From an uncultured Gemmatimonadaceae bacterium (GTDB lineage Bacteria > Gemmatimonadota > Gemmatimonadetes > Gemmatimonadales > Gemmatimonadaceae): a stretch of DNA of 64,000 nt. The DNA lies in NCBI GenBank assembly GCA_963817955.1, contig CAWFQK010000001.1:21675-85674 (forward strand), given 5' to 3'. The translations under genes and the position numbers were made by a program. Shown in pieces: positions 9,781-19,518 of this stretch. The notes beneath the pieces are model-generated. The model had not been told where the DNA came from. It ran no database searches and worked only from the letters and a program-made list of their open reading frames with translations. The first letter of the stretch is position 1, and each line of letters starts with the position of its first letter.

Positions 9781-12700
9781 TCATGGCACCACAGGCGGCA
9801 CCACCGCCGGCTGCGCCGCTTTCAGCTGCTTCCAGTAATCGTCCATCTGGATGCGCGGTATGCCCTTGGTCATCCAGTCCGGGGCCGGCGTGCCCATGAG
9901 GTAATGATCGAACCAGTCCCGCTGGCGCATGGCGTAGTCCTTCTGGTTCACCGGGCGCGCGAGACCGTGATTCTCGCCGACGTACTCGAGCAGGATGACG
10001 TCCTTGCCCATCTGACGGAGCGTGTTGAAGTATGTGATGCCCTGATTGAAATCCACCGCGCCATCCTTGTCATCGTGCAGGATGATGAGCGGCGTCTTCA
10101 CGTTCTTCGCGTGGAAGACCGGCGAGTTCCGAATGTAGGCTTCGTAATTGTCGGCCACGTTGCCCTTGAAGCGGCCCTGGCTCGATTCGAAGATCGCCTG
10201 GTTGGTGCCACCGGAATTCCAGTAGATCGAGCTGTACATGCTCACCATGTCGGTGAGCGGCGCTCCGGCGATCGCGGCCTTGAAGATGTTCGTCTGCGTG
10301 ACCATGAACGCCGTCTGGTAGCCGCCCCACGAATGGCCCCACAGACCCACCTTGGCCGAATCCACGATGCCCGTCGCGACGGCCGCCTTCACGGCCGGGA
10401 CCAGCGCCCAAACGGCCGACATGCCGGGATCATTGATCTTGTACACGATGTCCGGGTCGAGCACCGCATACCCGTGGCTCGTGTAGATGCTGCGGTTTGG
10501 CGTGCTCGTCTCGTTCAGCGTGACGTAGCTGTTCGCCAGGTTTGACCGCTTCTCGTAGATGGTGACGAGCAGTGGGTACTTCTTCCCTGGCTCGTAATTC
10601 GCCGGCAGGTACAGCGCGCCCTGCAGCTTGTCGCCTTTCGCCGTGGTGTAGCTGATCAGCTTGACGCCGCTGGTCCACGCGAAGTCCTTCTGCTGCGGAT
10701 TGGCGTCGGTGATCTGCTGGCCTGGCTTGAACGACGCGTCCGTCACGTAGTAGTTCGGAAAGTCGATTGCCGTCTGCCTCGTGTACACGAACACATCGGC
10801 ATCCTTTGCCTTCTGGTACGCGAGCTTCGCATCGTCCCACACCAGACGCTGCGCCCCAGGCTTGGACGGGTCGACCTTTGACACGCCTTCCTTCTTGGTC
10901 CACTCGCCATACGTGCTGAAGTAGACTGGCTTCGAAAGGTCGATCCCGTTCGCCGCCTGCCCGCCGCGACCACCGCGGCCGCCGCTCACCGCCGGTCGGT
11001 CATTGTCGAACGCGTACACACGCTGGTAGCGGATCTGCTCCTTCTTGCCGTTCCCCGTCAGATTCACCGGCGCGCCGCCGTGGACCGGCACCTTCCAGAC
11101 GTCAAAACCATCTGAGAGAAGCACGGCGCTCCCGTCCTTGGACCAGCCGAGCGGCGGCACCGGGGGCGGCACGAGGTTGTTGTGGTCGTCCGACGTATCA
11201 GCGAACACCGTTGGTGGGTTCTTCATCAGCAGATGCTTCTCACCCGTCGCAACGTCGCCAATCCACCACTTTGCGTCATCGCCCCAGTACAGGAGGTTGC
11301 GACCATCGGGTGACGGCAGCGTCACCGACGCCAGATGCTTCTTGAGCAGCAGCTTGCGCTCGCCTGCCTTGAGGTCGACGGCATAAAGGTCCTCATAGCG
11401 GCGTCCGCTGTAGCTCGCCTGCTGATCGTAATCGTGAGTATCGACGCCATACGCGAAGTGATCGTGGCCAGCCGTTGAAACCGTGCGCAGAGCGTCGTCG
11501 GACAACCGAACGAACTTGTTGTCGGCAACGCGATAGAACGAGAGGTAGTTGAACGCGCGGTCCTGTGCTTCCTGCACGATCTGCTGCGACTGCAGCCGCG
11601 GGTCCTTGGCATTCCAGAGGATCAGCGTCGGATTGTCATCCGGTGTATCGCTGACACGCGGTTGGTTGACGGTTCCACCGACGCCTGGTGCGCCCGCCTG
11701 AATCATGTTGTTGTTCCCGCGACCGTTCGCGGCGACCGTGCGATCATTCGCCGGCGCCTTTTTCGCCTCCCGAATGCCAAAGAACAGGGTGCCCAGGTCG
11801 TCTGAGAAACGCGGCGCACGGTCGGCGACAATCTTCATTCCCTTCGGGAAGTCACTGTGCTGTGCCGGATCGAACACCACTTTCTTGGGCGACGGCACGC
11901 TCACGTTGTTGAAGCTCACGACGGAGAACAGCGTATCGTGCGTCGTCGAGTCGGCCTTGCCGCGCAGCACCACGAGTGCGTATGCGCTGTCGGACCAGAC
12001 GAGATGCCGGTACAGCGCGTGATCGGAATCGACGGCGCGCACGACATCCGTGCGCATGTTACGCAGCTGCACGCCGTTTCCGATCTGGTCCCGCGCGTCG
12101 ATGGTGTATGCGAGCCACTCGCCCGTGTCGTCGAAACTGAACTCGGCCACGTTGCCCACGTTCACGGCATCGCCGCTCGACAGATTGTAGAGCACCACGT
12201 CGCTGCCATCGACGCGAGCCTGTGGCGCGCCACCAGCACCGCCACGACCGCCAGCGGCGGGTGCCGCGGCGCCGGCCGGCGCGGACTGAGCCGGATAGCT
12301 CTGCATCGCCACCCAAGTTGGCTTGTCGCCGTTGAACACGAAACGACGCACCCGGTCGAAGTCTTTCTTCTCGCCCGTGGCGAGGTTGACGAGCGCCATC
12401 TTGTTCTGAGTCGGAGCTGCCGGAGGCGCCGCCGCGGCGCCCGGCGGGCCGCCCCGACCGGCGCCGCGACCGCCGCGACCGTTCGTCGAGGGTGGGTACA
12501 CCGTGAACGCCACCCAGCGCGAGTCGCCGCTGATCGAGAGCGACGCGCTGCCTCCGCCGGCGCCACCACCGGCGCCACCACCACCCGCGTCTCCGATCGG
12601 GAACTTCATCTCCTTCCCATCGGCGCCGGTCGAACGAATGATGACATTGGCGTCGCCTTCGTTGGGCGCCAAGACGTAGGCGAACCATTTGCCATCGTTC

Positions 12701-12885
12701 GACAGCACTGACTGGCGAATGCTCTTCCACGCCTTGAGGTCGGCGGCCTGCAACTGCTTCGTTCCGCGCGACGGCGTTGTCTGCTGGGCCCGCGCGATTG
12801 GCGCGAACGCAAGAAGGAGGGCGGCGGGAGCGCAGGCAAGGCGAATCTGCCAGGCTCGCGCGCGCGGAGGGGGTGCAAGGCGCAT
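9781..12885 (-). CDS. S9 family serine peptidase with large N-terminal beta-propeller region
   Basis: Signal peptide (LLLAFAPIARAQQ). Catalytic motifs GLWGHSWGGYQTAF, HDDKDGAVD and GENHGL. Several G/R-rich insertions. Confidence 0.85.
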   Translation of the reverse strand: MRLAPPPRARAWQIRLACAPAALLLAFAPIARAQQTTPSRGTKQLQAADLKAWKSIRQSVLSNDGKWFAYVLAPNEGDANVIIRSTGADGKEMKFPIGDAGGGGAGGGAGGGSASLSISGDSRWVAFTVYPPSTNGRGGRGAGRGGPPGAAAAPPAAPTQNKMALVNLATGEKKDFDRVRRFVFNGDKPTWVAMQSYPAQSAPAGAAAPAAGGRGGAGGAPQARVDGSDVVLYNLSSGDAVNVGNVAEFSFDDTGEWLAYTIDARDQIGNGVQLRNMRTDVVRAVDSDHALYRHLVWSDSAYALVVLRGKADSTTHDTLFSVVSFNNVSVPSPKKVVFDPAQHSDFPKGMKIVADRAPRFSDDLGTLFFGIREAKKAPANDRTVAANGRGNNNMIQAGAPGVGGTVNQPRVSDTPDDNPTLILWNAKDPRLQSQQIVQEAQDRAFNYLSFYRVADNKFVRLSDDALRTVSTAGHDHFAYGVDTHDYDQQASYSGRRYEDLYAVDLKAGERKLLLKKHLASVTLPSPDGRNLLYWGDDAKWWIGDVATGEKHLLMKNPPTVFADTSDDHNNLVPPPVPPLGWSKDGSAVLLSDGFDVWKVPVHGGAPVNLTGNGKKEQIRYQRVYAFDNDRPAVSGGRGGRGGQAANGIDLSKPVYFSTYGEWTKKEGVSKVDPSKPGAQRLVWDDAKLAYQKAKDADVFVYTRQTAIDFPNYYVTDASFKPGQQITDANPQQKDFAWTSGVKLISYTTAKGDKLQGALYLPANYEPGKKYPLLVTIYEKRSNLANSYVTLNETSTPNRSIYTSHGYAVLDPDIVYKINDPGMSAVWALVPAVKAAVATGIVDSAKVGLWGHSWGGYQTAFMVTQTNIFKAAIAGAPLTDMVSMYSSIYWNSGGTNQAIFESSQGRFKGNVADNYEAYIRNSPVFHAKNVKTPLIILHDDKDGAVDFNQGITYFNTLRQMGKDVILLEYVGENHGLARPVNQKDYAMRQRDWFDHYLMGTPAPDWMTKGIPRIQMDDYWKQLKAAQPAVVPPVVP

Positions 12886-13071
12886 GGTGACTCCCCGTCA
12901 CTGTGAGACGGCACTACAGGGTGAAGTGAAGCCAGGAACGTACGGATTGGGCGCTTACCTGTCCATCTACGGAAAACGCTAAAGCCCCCCACTTTACTGA
13001 CCGATACTTCTTCGTGGAAGGTCTTACCCCCGGCTGAATTCGGTCGGGGTACTCGCATGGCCGGGAGCATT

Positions 13072-13638
13072 ATGCGGAAAACGATCATGGGCGCCGCCGT
13101 CTTTGGCGCCGCGGCGCTGATAAGCTACGGCTGCCACCAGGCGCCGCGCCCGTCGCACATTCCCGACGCGTTGGGTAATGCCGCTCCAATCCGGGACGTG
13201 ACCGCGGAGGCGCACATCCGGGACATTGAAATGGAGCCATACGACGCGGTGGACCATCTCTACCGGAACGCCAAGAGCCAGCTCCCAACTTCGGTGCGCC
13301 TGGCCGTCCTGGACACGGCGGATTGGGATGCGATCTGGAAGCGAATGGTCGGCACGAACCCCCCAGCACCCCTTCCGCCCGTGGATTTCTCGCGTGAAAT
13401 GCTGCTCGTCGTCGGCATGGGTCAGGCGCCTTGCATGGGCTACCAGATCAGCGTCGACACGGTGTTCCGTGACAAGGACAAACGCATCTACGCCGTCGTT
13501 CGCGAGCGGCATCACGGCTCGCGCTGCGGTTGTCTGAACGAAGTCGTCTCGCCAGTAGACGTCGTCCGCGTGCCGCGCACAGTGCGGCCGGTGACCTTCC
13601 TCGAGCGGGCGGAGACGAATGTGTGCGAGGAGCGCTGA
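13072..13638 (+). CDS. putative lipoprotein (possibly PrcB_C-like domain)
   Basis: Lipobox MRKTIMGAAVFGAAALISYGC. The C-terminal part (VGMGQAPCMGYQISVDTV...VVSPVDVVRVPR) resembles protease-complex PrcB C-domains from memory only. Confidence 0.45.
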   Translation: MRKTIMGAAVFGAAALISYGCHQAPRPSHIPDALGNAAPIRDVTAEAHIRDIEMEPYDAVDHLYRNAKSQLPTSVRLAVLDTADWDAIWKRMVGTNPPAPLPPVDFSREMLLVVGMGQAPCMGYQISVDTVFRDKDKRIYAVVRERHHGSRCGCLNEVVSPVDVVRVPRTVRPVTFLERAETNVCEER

Positions 13639-13672
13639 CGGCTGGGCGAGACGCTAGACGCTAGTTGGTCAA

Positions 13673-13701
13673 GAAGGCACACGGGAACCCCGTGTGCCTT
13701 C
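13673..13701. terminator. perfect 13-bp stem / 3-nt loop hairpin between convergent genes
   Basis: GAAGGCACACGGG-aac-CCCGTGTGCCTTC. It lies 3 nt beyond the MFS stop codon and 35 nt after the lipoprotein stop. Confidence 0.55.
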
Positions 13702-13703
13702 TA

Positions 13704-14936
13704 TCATTCGCCCCCGAAAACCACCCCGTGTCGCTCGCGCCCCATCCAGGCGGCAACGGCGCCGAGGCTGAACACCGTGATCGCTGTGAACGCCATCGCG
13801 GTCGCATAGGTCATGTGATCGGCGAACACCGCCTCGATGAACGCCACGGATCCCGCCACCGCCACGCCGCACTGGTAGGCGAATCCCGGCAGGAAGCCGC
13901 GGACGGAATCGGGTGCCAACTCGTTGATGTGGACCGGGATCACGCCCCAGGCGCCCTGCACCATGAACTGCATCACGAATCCACCGACCATCAGCAGCGG
14001 CACCGTTGGGGCAAAGGCCCAGAGCGGAATGGCCACGATGGCCAAACACAGGGCAATCACGATCGATTTTCGCCGCCCAATGCGATCGGAGAAATGGCCG
14101 AATAGAATACCGCCGGTGATCGCGCCCAGGTTGGCGATCATCGTCACGATCGCCACCCGTTGCGGTGTGAAGTGCCAGTCGCGCTTGAGGAAGGTGGGGT
14201 ACATGTCCTGTGTGCCGTGCGACACGAAGTTCATGAGCGCCATGAACACGAACAGATACAGGAACAGCTTCCAGTGCGACGCGAGGCCGCGCACGTACTC
14301 CGACCAGCTCTTGCGGGGCGTCCGCTCCCAGACCTCCGACTCCTGCACGAAGCTGCGTACGTACAGGGCAACGAGTGCGGGAATGCCGCCGATGAAGAAC
14401 ATCGGGCGCCAGCCCCATCGCGGGAACACGAAGAAGTAGCAGATCGCCGCGAGAAGATTTCCGCAGGCGTATCCTTCCTGCAGGAGACCCGAGAAGATGC
14501 CGCGCCTGTGCCGAGGCGCCTTCTCCATTGCGAGCGACGCGCCGACCCCCCACTCGCCGCCCATGCCAATGCCGAAGAGCGCGCGCAGTACGAGGAACGT
14601 CGTGAAGTTGTGCGCAAACCCGGTCGCCACTTCGACCACCGAGTAGAACACGAGGTCGATCATCAGTGGAATCTTCCGACCCCAGCGATCGGCCATCAGG
14701 CCGAAGACGAACGCCCCAACCGGACGGAACATCAGCGTGATCGTCAGCGACAGCGCGATCGCTTTGTCCGTTTGGCCAAAATCTTTGGCGATCGCGGTCA
14801 GCGTGTACGTGACGAGGAAGAAATCGAACGCATCGAGCGTCCAGCCGAGGAAGCTGGCGATCACCGCCGCGCGGTGGCCTTGCGCGACTGGCGCGTCGTA
14901 CGACGCGCCCTTTGGCGGAGTCAAGGTTGCGCCCAC
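13704..14936 (-). CDS. MFS transporter
   Basis: Twelve-TM pattern with MFS motifs (GLMADRWGRKIPLM, LRALFGIGMGGEWG, FGHFSDRIGRRKS). The start is uncertain (GTG 14936 or TTG 14924). The long N-terminal extension of the track ORF is not credible. Confidence 0.8.
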   Translation of the reverse strand: MGATLTPPKGASYDAPVAQGHRAAVIASFLGWTLDAFDFFLVTYTLTAIAKDFGQTDKAIALSLTITLMFRPVGAFVFGLMADRWGRKIPLMIDLVFYSVVEVATGFAHNFTTFLVLRALFGIGMGGEWGVGASLAMEKAPRHRRGIFSGLLQEGYACGNLLAAICYFFVFPRWGWRPMFFIGGIPALVALYVRSFVQESEVWERTPRKSWSEYVRGLASHWKLFLYLFVFMALMNFVSHGTQDMYPTFLKRDWHFTPQRVAIVTMIANLGAITGGILFGHFSDRIGRRKSIVIALCLAIVAIPLWAFAPTVPLLMVGGFVMQFMVQGAWGVIPVHINELAPDSVRGFLPGFAYQCGVAVAGSVAFIEAVFADHMTYATAMAFTAITVFSLGAVAAWMGRERHGVVFGGE

Positions 14937-15096
14937 GCCTAGTTGCCGCCCTTCGGAACCGCGCAGATCGCGACCTGCACGTCGAAGGTGTGATTCTGTG
15001 AACGGCGCATCGGACTCCCTGAGATCCCGTGTGAGTCGGGAATATGATGCGCCGTTCGGCTGCTCGCTACCAGTTGGCGGCTCAAGCGACGTCTCG

Positions 15097-16788
15097 TCAA
15101 TAGCCGGCTGCGTGCCCGTCCTTTCGCGGGTCGGAGCCGGCCACATAGCCCCTCCCCAGCCTGATGATTGCCTGGCTGCCGCCGAACTGCGACGGCCGCG
15201 ACACCACGACATCATGCCCCATGGCGCGAAGCTGTGCCACGACGCTGTCGGCAATGACGGGCTCGACGAGCACGCGCACGCCATCCATGTGGCGGAAACG
15301 GCCAGCGTCCATGGCCTCCTGCACGTTCATCCCGAACACGAGAATGTTGATGAGAAACTGTGCATGACCCTGCGCCTGCATTGCCCCACCCATCAGCCCA
15401 AAGCTCATCCACGGCTCGTCGCCCGTGCCGTCCGGCGCAGAGCGCGGGCCCGGCTTCGTGACGAATCCCGGAATGAGCGTGTGAAACGGACGCTTGCCCG
15501 GCGCAACGGTATTCGGTAGCCCCGGCTCGAGCGTGAATCCCGCTCCGCGATCGTGCAACGCGAACCCGGTCCCCGGCACCACGACACCCGATCCAAACTC
15601 GTCAAACAGGCTGTTGATGAACGACACCATGTTGCCGTCCTTATCGGCAACGGTGAGATACACGGTCTCGCCCGACGTGCGCTCGGGACCCGGCTCAGCA
15701 TGCACCTGCGGCTTATGCTCGTCGACATGCGACCGGCGCTCGGCAATGAATGCATCGCTGAGCAGATAGCTGGGCGGCACCGTGAGATGCTCGGCGTCGC
15801 CCACGTACCGTCCGAGATCGGCGTAGGCGAGCTTCTTGGCCTCGATCAAATGGTGCAGATACGGCGCGGAATTCTGTCCCATGGCCTGCAGGTCATATGG
15901 GTCGAGAATCCGCAGCATCTCCAGCGTGGCAATTCCCTGGTTGTTCGGGGGCAACTCCCAGACGCGGTAGCCCTTGAACATCGTCGAGATGGGCGTGACC
16001 CACGTCGGCTGATTGTTCTTGAGATCATCCAGCGTGAGGAATCCGCCGAGTTTCTGTATGTGCTGCACGATGCGCTGGCCAAGCGCGCCCCCGTACAACG
16101 CGGCTGGTCCTTCCTTGGCCACTTGGCGCAGGGTAGCCGCATAATCAGGGTTTTGGAACCACTGGCCAGCCTTTGGCGTTGCGCCATTCACCAGGAACGT
16201 CGCACGAGCGCCGTCGTCATTCGTGAGTTTGCGTTGCTGGCCGAGCCAGTCGCCGGCAATGACGGGCGTGACGGGGAAACCCGTTTCCGCGTAATCGATC
16301 GCCGGTTGAAGCGCCTGCGCGAGCGTGATCGTGCCGTATTTGCGGAGGAGCTCGTTCCATCCGGCGAGTGCGCCGGGAACGGTCACCGTTTCAATGCCAC
16401 CGGACGGCATGCGCGTGCGGCCGCGTTTGAGCAACGTCTCGCGCGTCATCAGCGATCCCGCACGGCCGCTGGCGTTGAGCGCCACGAGATGCTTCTCCTT
16501 GGCGCTCCAGATCAGCGCGAACATGTCGCCGCCAATGCCGGTCATCATCGGCTCGACCACAGACAGCACCGCCGCCGCGGTCACCGCCGCATCGATCGCA
16601 TTGCCGCCGTGCTGCAGCACGTTGAGCGCCGCGGCCGTGGCGAGCGGCTGGCTCGTTGCGGCCACTCCGTTCGGCGCATATACGGGCGATCGTCCGGCCA
16701 TCGTGGCGGCGCGCTGCGCGTCAGCCGCGGCGGGAATGAGCAACAACGCGGCGGCGCTCACCGCGCGACAGAAGGCAACTCGGGGCAT
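15097..16788 (-). CDS. ggt: gamma-glutamyltransferase family protein (second paralogue)
   Basis: Signal peptide. GGNAIDAAVTAAAVLSVVEPMMTGIGGDMFALIW. Catalytic Thr context GETVYLTVADKDGN. C-terminal GGAMQAQGHAQ...GRFRH. Confidence 0.9.
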   Translation of the reverse strand: MPRVAFCRAVSAAALLLIPAAADAQRAATMAGRSPVYAPNGVAATSQPLATAAALNVLQHGGNAIDAAVTAAAVLSVVEPMMTGIGGDMFALIWSAKEKHLVALNASGRAGSLMTRETLLKRGRTRMPSGGIETVTVPGALAGWNELLRKYGTITLAQALQPAIDYAETGFPVTPVIAGDWLGQQRKLTNDDGARATFLVNGATPKAGQWFQNPDYAATLRQVAKEGPAALYGGALGQRIVQHIQKLGGFLTLDDLKNNQPTWVTPISTMFKGYRVWELPPNNQGIATLEMLRILDPYDLQAMGQNSAPYLHHLIEAKKLAYADLGRYVGDAEHLTVPPSYLLSDAFIAERRSHVDEHKPQVHAEPGPERTSGETVYLTVADKDGNMVSFINSLFDEFGSGVVVPGTGFALHDRGAGFTLEPGLPNTVAPGKRPFHTLIPGFVTKPGPRSAPDGTGDEPWMSFGLMGGAMQAQGHAQFLINILVFGMNVQEAMDAGRFRHMDGVRVLVEPVIADSVVAQLRAMGHDVVVSRPSQFGGSQAIIRLGRGYVAGSDPRKDGHAAGY

Positions 16789-16833
16789 GAGGACAGTCCA
16801 CGGTGTCAGGTGATGAGACTCGACGCGAGCATG

Positions 16834-17406
16834 CTAGCTGCCGAGCGCTCGCAGGTCGTCCGGCGTATCCACGTCGCGCGGCATGGGTGCATCGACATCC
16901 ACATAAGCCACCGAGCGGGCGCTCCGCTCAATGAGCAGGCGCGCGCCGGCGTCGCCGTGCAGCTCGCACAGCGCGGGAAACAGCGCGCGTGCGAACAGCA
17001 CGGGGTGCCCTCCAATACCACGATAGCGCGCGCTCACGATGGGTTTCCCGGTCTCACGCCAGCAAGCGATCACAGCCTGAATCACGCCAGGGTCGATGCT
17101 GGGTTGGTCTCCCATCGCGATCACTGCCGCTTCGGCATCGTCGCCCAACGCAGCAATGCCACGAGCCAGTGAGCCGCCCAGTCCATCTATCCAGTGTGCA
17201 TTCTCGACGATCGACAGATCGAGGCTGGCCAGTGCGGTACGCACCTCATCCGCGGCGCTGCCGACCACAACGATGCATGCGTCGGTCACGCCGCTCAGCG
17301 TTTGCGCAGCATGGCGCACGACCGGCTTGCCGTGGAGCGGCGCGACGAGCTTCTGCGCCCCGAAACGGCGAGCTCCGCCGGCGGCGAGCAGCACGCCGGC
17401 GATCAT
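16834..17406 (-). CDS. MobA-like NTP transferase (molybdenum cofactor cytidylyltransferase-like)
   Basis: N-terminal MIAGVLLAAGGARRFGAQKL nucleotide-binding loop. Its ATG overlaps the upstream stop (ATGA). Sits next to XdhC. Confidence 0.75.
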   Translation of the reverse strand: MIAGVLLAAGGARRFGAQKLVAPLHGKPVVRHAAQTLSGVTDACIVVVGSAADEVRTALASLDLSIVENAHWIDGLGGSLARGIAALGDDAEAAVIAMGDQPSIDPGVIQAVIACWRETGKPIVSARYRGIGGHPVLFARALFPALCELHGDAGARLLIERSARSVAYVDVDAPMPRDVDTPDDLRALGS

Positions 17407-17768
17407 GCGAGCGATGCGATTGCGCGATGCATGGTGTCCAGGGGCAGCGTGGCGCACTTGCGACGCGCCGGCGGCGGCTCGCCTTCCAACGCGTTGGCGA
17501 TCCATGCCGCGTCAATGCCCCGCAGTTCGCTCAGCGACAGGCCCCGCACCTGCTCCGTGAGCAGCGACGCCGATGCAATGCACAGCGCACAGGCGTCGGC
17601 AGTGAATTTCGCATCGGTAATCCGGTCGCCTTCGGTGCGCAGCTGAACTCGAATGCGATCGCCGCAGAGCGGATTTGCGCCCTCGGCTTCGGCCGTCGCG
17701 TTGGCAAGCGGCCCTCGGTTTCGCGGCTGGCGAAAATGCTGGAGCACGACAGCGCGGAATGTCGTCAC
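17403..17768 (-). CDS. NifU/IscU-like Fe-S cluster scaffold domain protein
   Basis: RNRGPL...NPLCGDRIRV..., ...ADACALCIASAS... and a third Cys (RKCATLP), matching the three-Cys IscU/SufU pattern. Overlaps both neighbours by 4 nt. Confidence 0.7.
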   Translation of the reverse strand: MTTFRAVVLQHFRQPRNRGPLANATAEAEGANPLCGDRIRVQLRTEGDRITDAKFTADACALCIASASLLTEQVRGLSLSELRGIDAAWIANALEGEPPPARRKCATLPLDTMHRAIASLA

Positions 17769-18733
17769 ACGCGTTTGCCGTTTCTTATGGCGACGATCTC
17801 TGCGAGAATCGCCAAGGCGACTTCGGCCGATTGTTTGCCGCCGAGGTCCAACCCGATCGGCGTGTGGATACGCGCTATCTCGTCGTCGGAGAACCCTTCA
17901 TCTCGCAACATGTCGCGTACCGCCCCACCGCGCTTGCGACTGCCGAGCAAGCCGAGATAGCCGAGCGGCGTGCGCAACAACTGGCGGAGCACCGGTAACT
18001 CGTACTTATAGTCGTGCGCCACGAGCAGCACCGCCGTGTTCTTTCCCGGCGCGAGCTCGGCGACGATTTCCGATGGCATGCCGACGCGAATGGAGTCCGC
18101 ATCGGGGAAACGCGCCTTGGTGGCATACCGCTCGCGCCCGTCCACGACGATGCTGCGCATGTCGAGTGCGCGCCCGAAGTGTGTCAGCGACATCGCAATC
18201 TCACCGGCGCCAACAATGATCAGCGTGAGCGGCGGCGCGAGATGATCCACGAAGACGCGCTCGTCCACCGCCCCCGCATCGCGCACGGCGTCTTCCGCCA
18301 CGACGCGCGGCGCGGTGCTGCCTTCGAGCGGGGTGATGATCGCCGCGGATTCGCCCCGTGCAAGAAGTGCCGCGGCCTCCTGGTGCGCCACGATCACGGG
18401 ATCAGCCGGGTCCGCGGGACAGACGCGCTCGAGCAGCACGTCGATACGTCCGCCGCAGGTCAAACCGATTTCCCATGCCTCGTCATCGTCGAGCGAAACG
18501 GACAACAGCGTTCGGTTGCCACCGTCGGTCATACGGTCGGCCGCGTCGATGACTTGCGCGTCTACGCATCCGCCAATCGTCACGCCGCCGAGCAGCTTTC
18601 CACTCGCGCCGACGATCATCTTTGCGCCGACCTTCTTGGAGGAGCTACCGCTAGCCGCGACGAGCGTAGCGAGGACGATGCTCGTTTCGCCCCGCAGTGC
18701 CGGATCGGTTGGATCGAGAAGGAAGTGGGACAT
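17765..18733 (-). CDS. XdhC/CoxI family molybdoenzyme maturation protein
   Basis: XdhC_CoxI N-domain (ATLVAASGSSSKKVGAKMIV) plus a Rossmann-like XdhC_C domain (LIIVGAGEIAMSL...VLLVAHDYKYELPVL...IGLDLGG). Confidence 0.85.
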   Translation of the reverse strand: MSHFLLDPTDPALRGETSIVLATLVAASGSSSKKVGAKMIVGASGKLLGGVTIGGCVDAQVIDAADRMTDGGNRTLLSVSLDDDEAWEIGLTCGGRIDVLLERVCPADPADPVIVAHQEAAALLARGESAAIITPLEGSTAPRVVAEDAVRDAGAVDERVFVDHLAPPLTLIIVGAGEIAMSLTHFGRALDMRSIVVDGRERYATKARFPDADSIRVGMPSEIVAELAPGKNTAVLLVAHDYKYELPVLRQLLRTPLGYLGLLGSRKRGGAVRDMLRDEGFSDDEIARIHTPIGLDLGGKQSAEVALAILAEIVAIRNGKRV

Positions 18734-18739
18734 GGTGTC

Positions 18740-19504
18740 TCAAGTCTGCGTCGAAGCCTGAAGAACGTCCAGCCAGAGGTGCCGGAGCTCGCTCGCCCCG
18801 CGTGCGTTCGGCTCGATCAGCGACCGGCGCCAATACCATCGCTCGCCTTCGGGCGCCGTCAGGCCATGTCCGAGAAAATGCGCGTGTGCGTCGGCGAGCA
18901 CCACGTTCGGCGTGCCGCTGGCGAGTGTGCGAATGTGATCGTTCAGGGTGTCCAGCATGTCGATCGGCAGCGGCGCACCGTCGTAGACGCCAGGAATGCA
19001 ACCTGTGCGATCTGAAGGATCGTACGCCGTGGTGAGTAGGACCGTGGCGTTTGAAAAGCGGCTGCGCAGGTTGTCCACGAGAAAGTCATACGCCTCGACG
19101 ATATCAGCGACGAACTTCTCGAGTAGCGGCCGGCGCGGCCGGCTGCCATACGCGCTGAGCAGGTCGTTTCCGCCGACCGTCAGCGTAATGAGCATTGCCT
19201 CGTCGCGGTCCTCGAGTTGCGAGAGCTGCTCGCCGAACACCCCACCGATCGTCGCGTCATCGGTCGTCAGATTCTCGAACGCAATGCCGGGGTACAACGA
19301 CACGAGGTCGTTGCCGAGGTCCTCCGGCCAACGCTCTTCGGCATTGTGATACAACAGTGAGGCCGCGCCGAGCTGCGCCACGCGACCGGCAGCCGGCACG
19401 CGCTCGAGGGCGACCGCCACGTCGATCTCACCGGCATCGAGCGCGGGATAGAGATCGATCGACATCGAATCGCCGAGGGCGATGTAGCGAGTGAAATCAG
19501 TCAT
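18740..19504 (-). CDS. SGNH/GDSL hydrolase family protein
   Basis: Block I YIALGDSMSID, block III TVGGNDL, and a C-terminal D..H-type block. Confidence 0.8.
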   Translation of the reverse strand: MTDFTRYIALGDSMSIDLYPALDAGEIDVAVALERVPAAGRVAQLGAASLLYHNAEERWPEDLGNDLVSLYPGIAFENLTTDDATIGGVFGEQLSQLEDRDEAMLITLTVGGNDLLSAYGSRPRRPLLEKFVADIVEAYDFLVDNLRSRFSNATVLLTTAYDPSDRTGCIPGVYDGAPLPIDMLDTLNDHIRTLASGTPNVVLADAHAHFLGHGLTAPEGERWYWRRSLIEPNARGASELRHLWLDVLQASTQT

Positions 19505-19518
19505 GACGTGCGTAGGCC

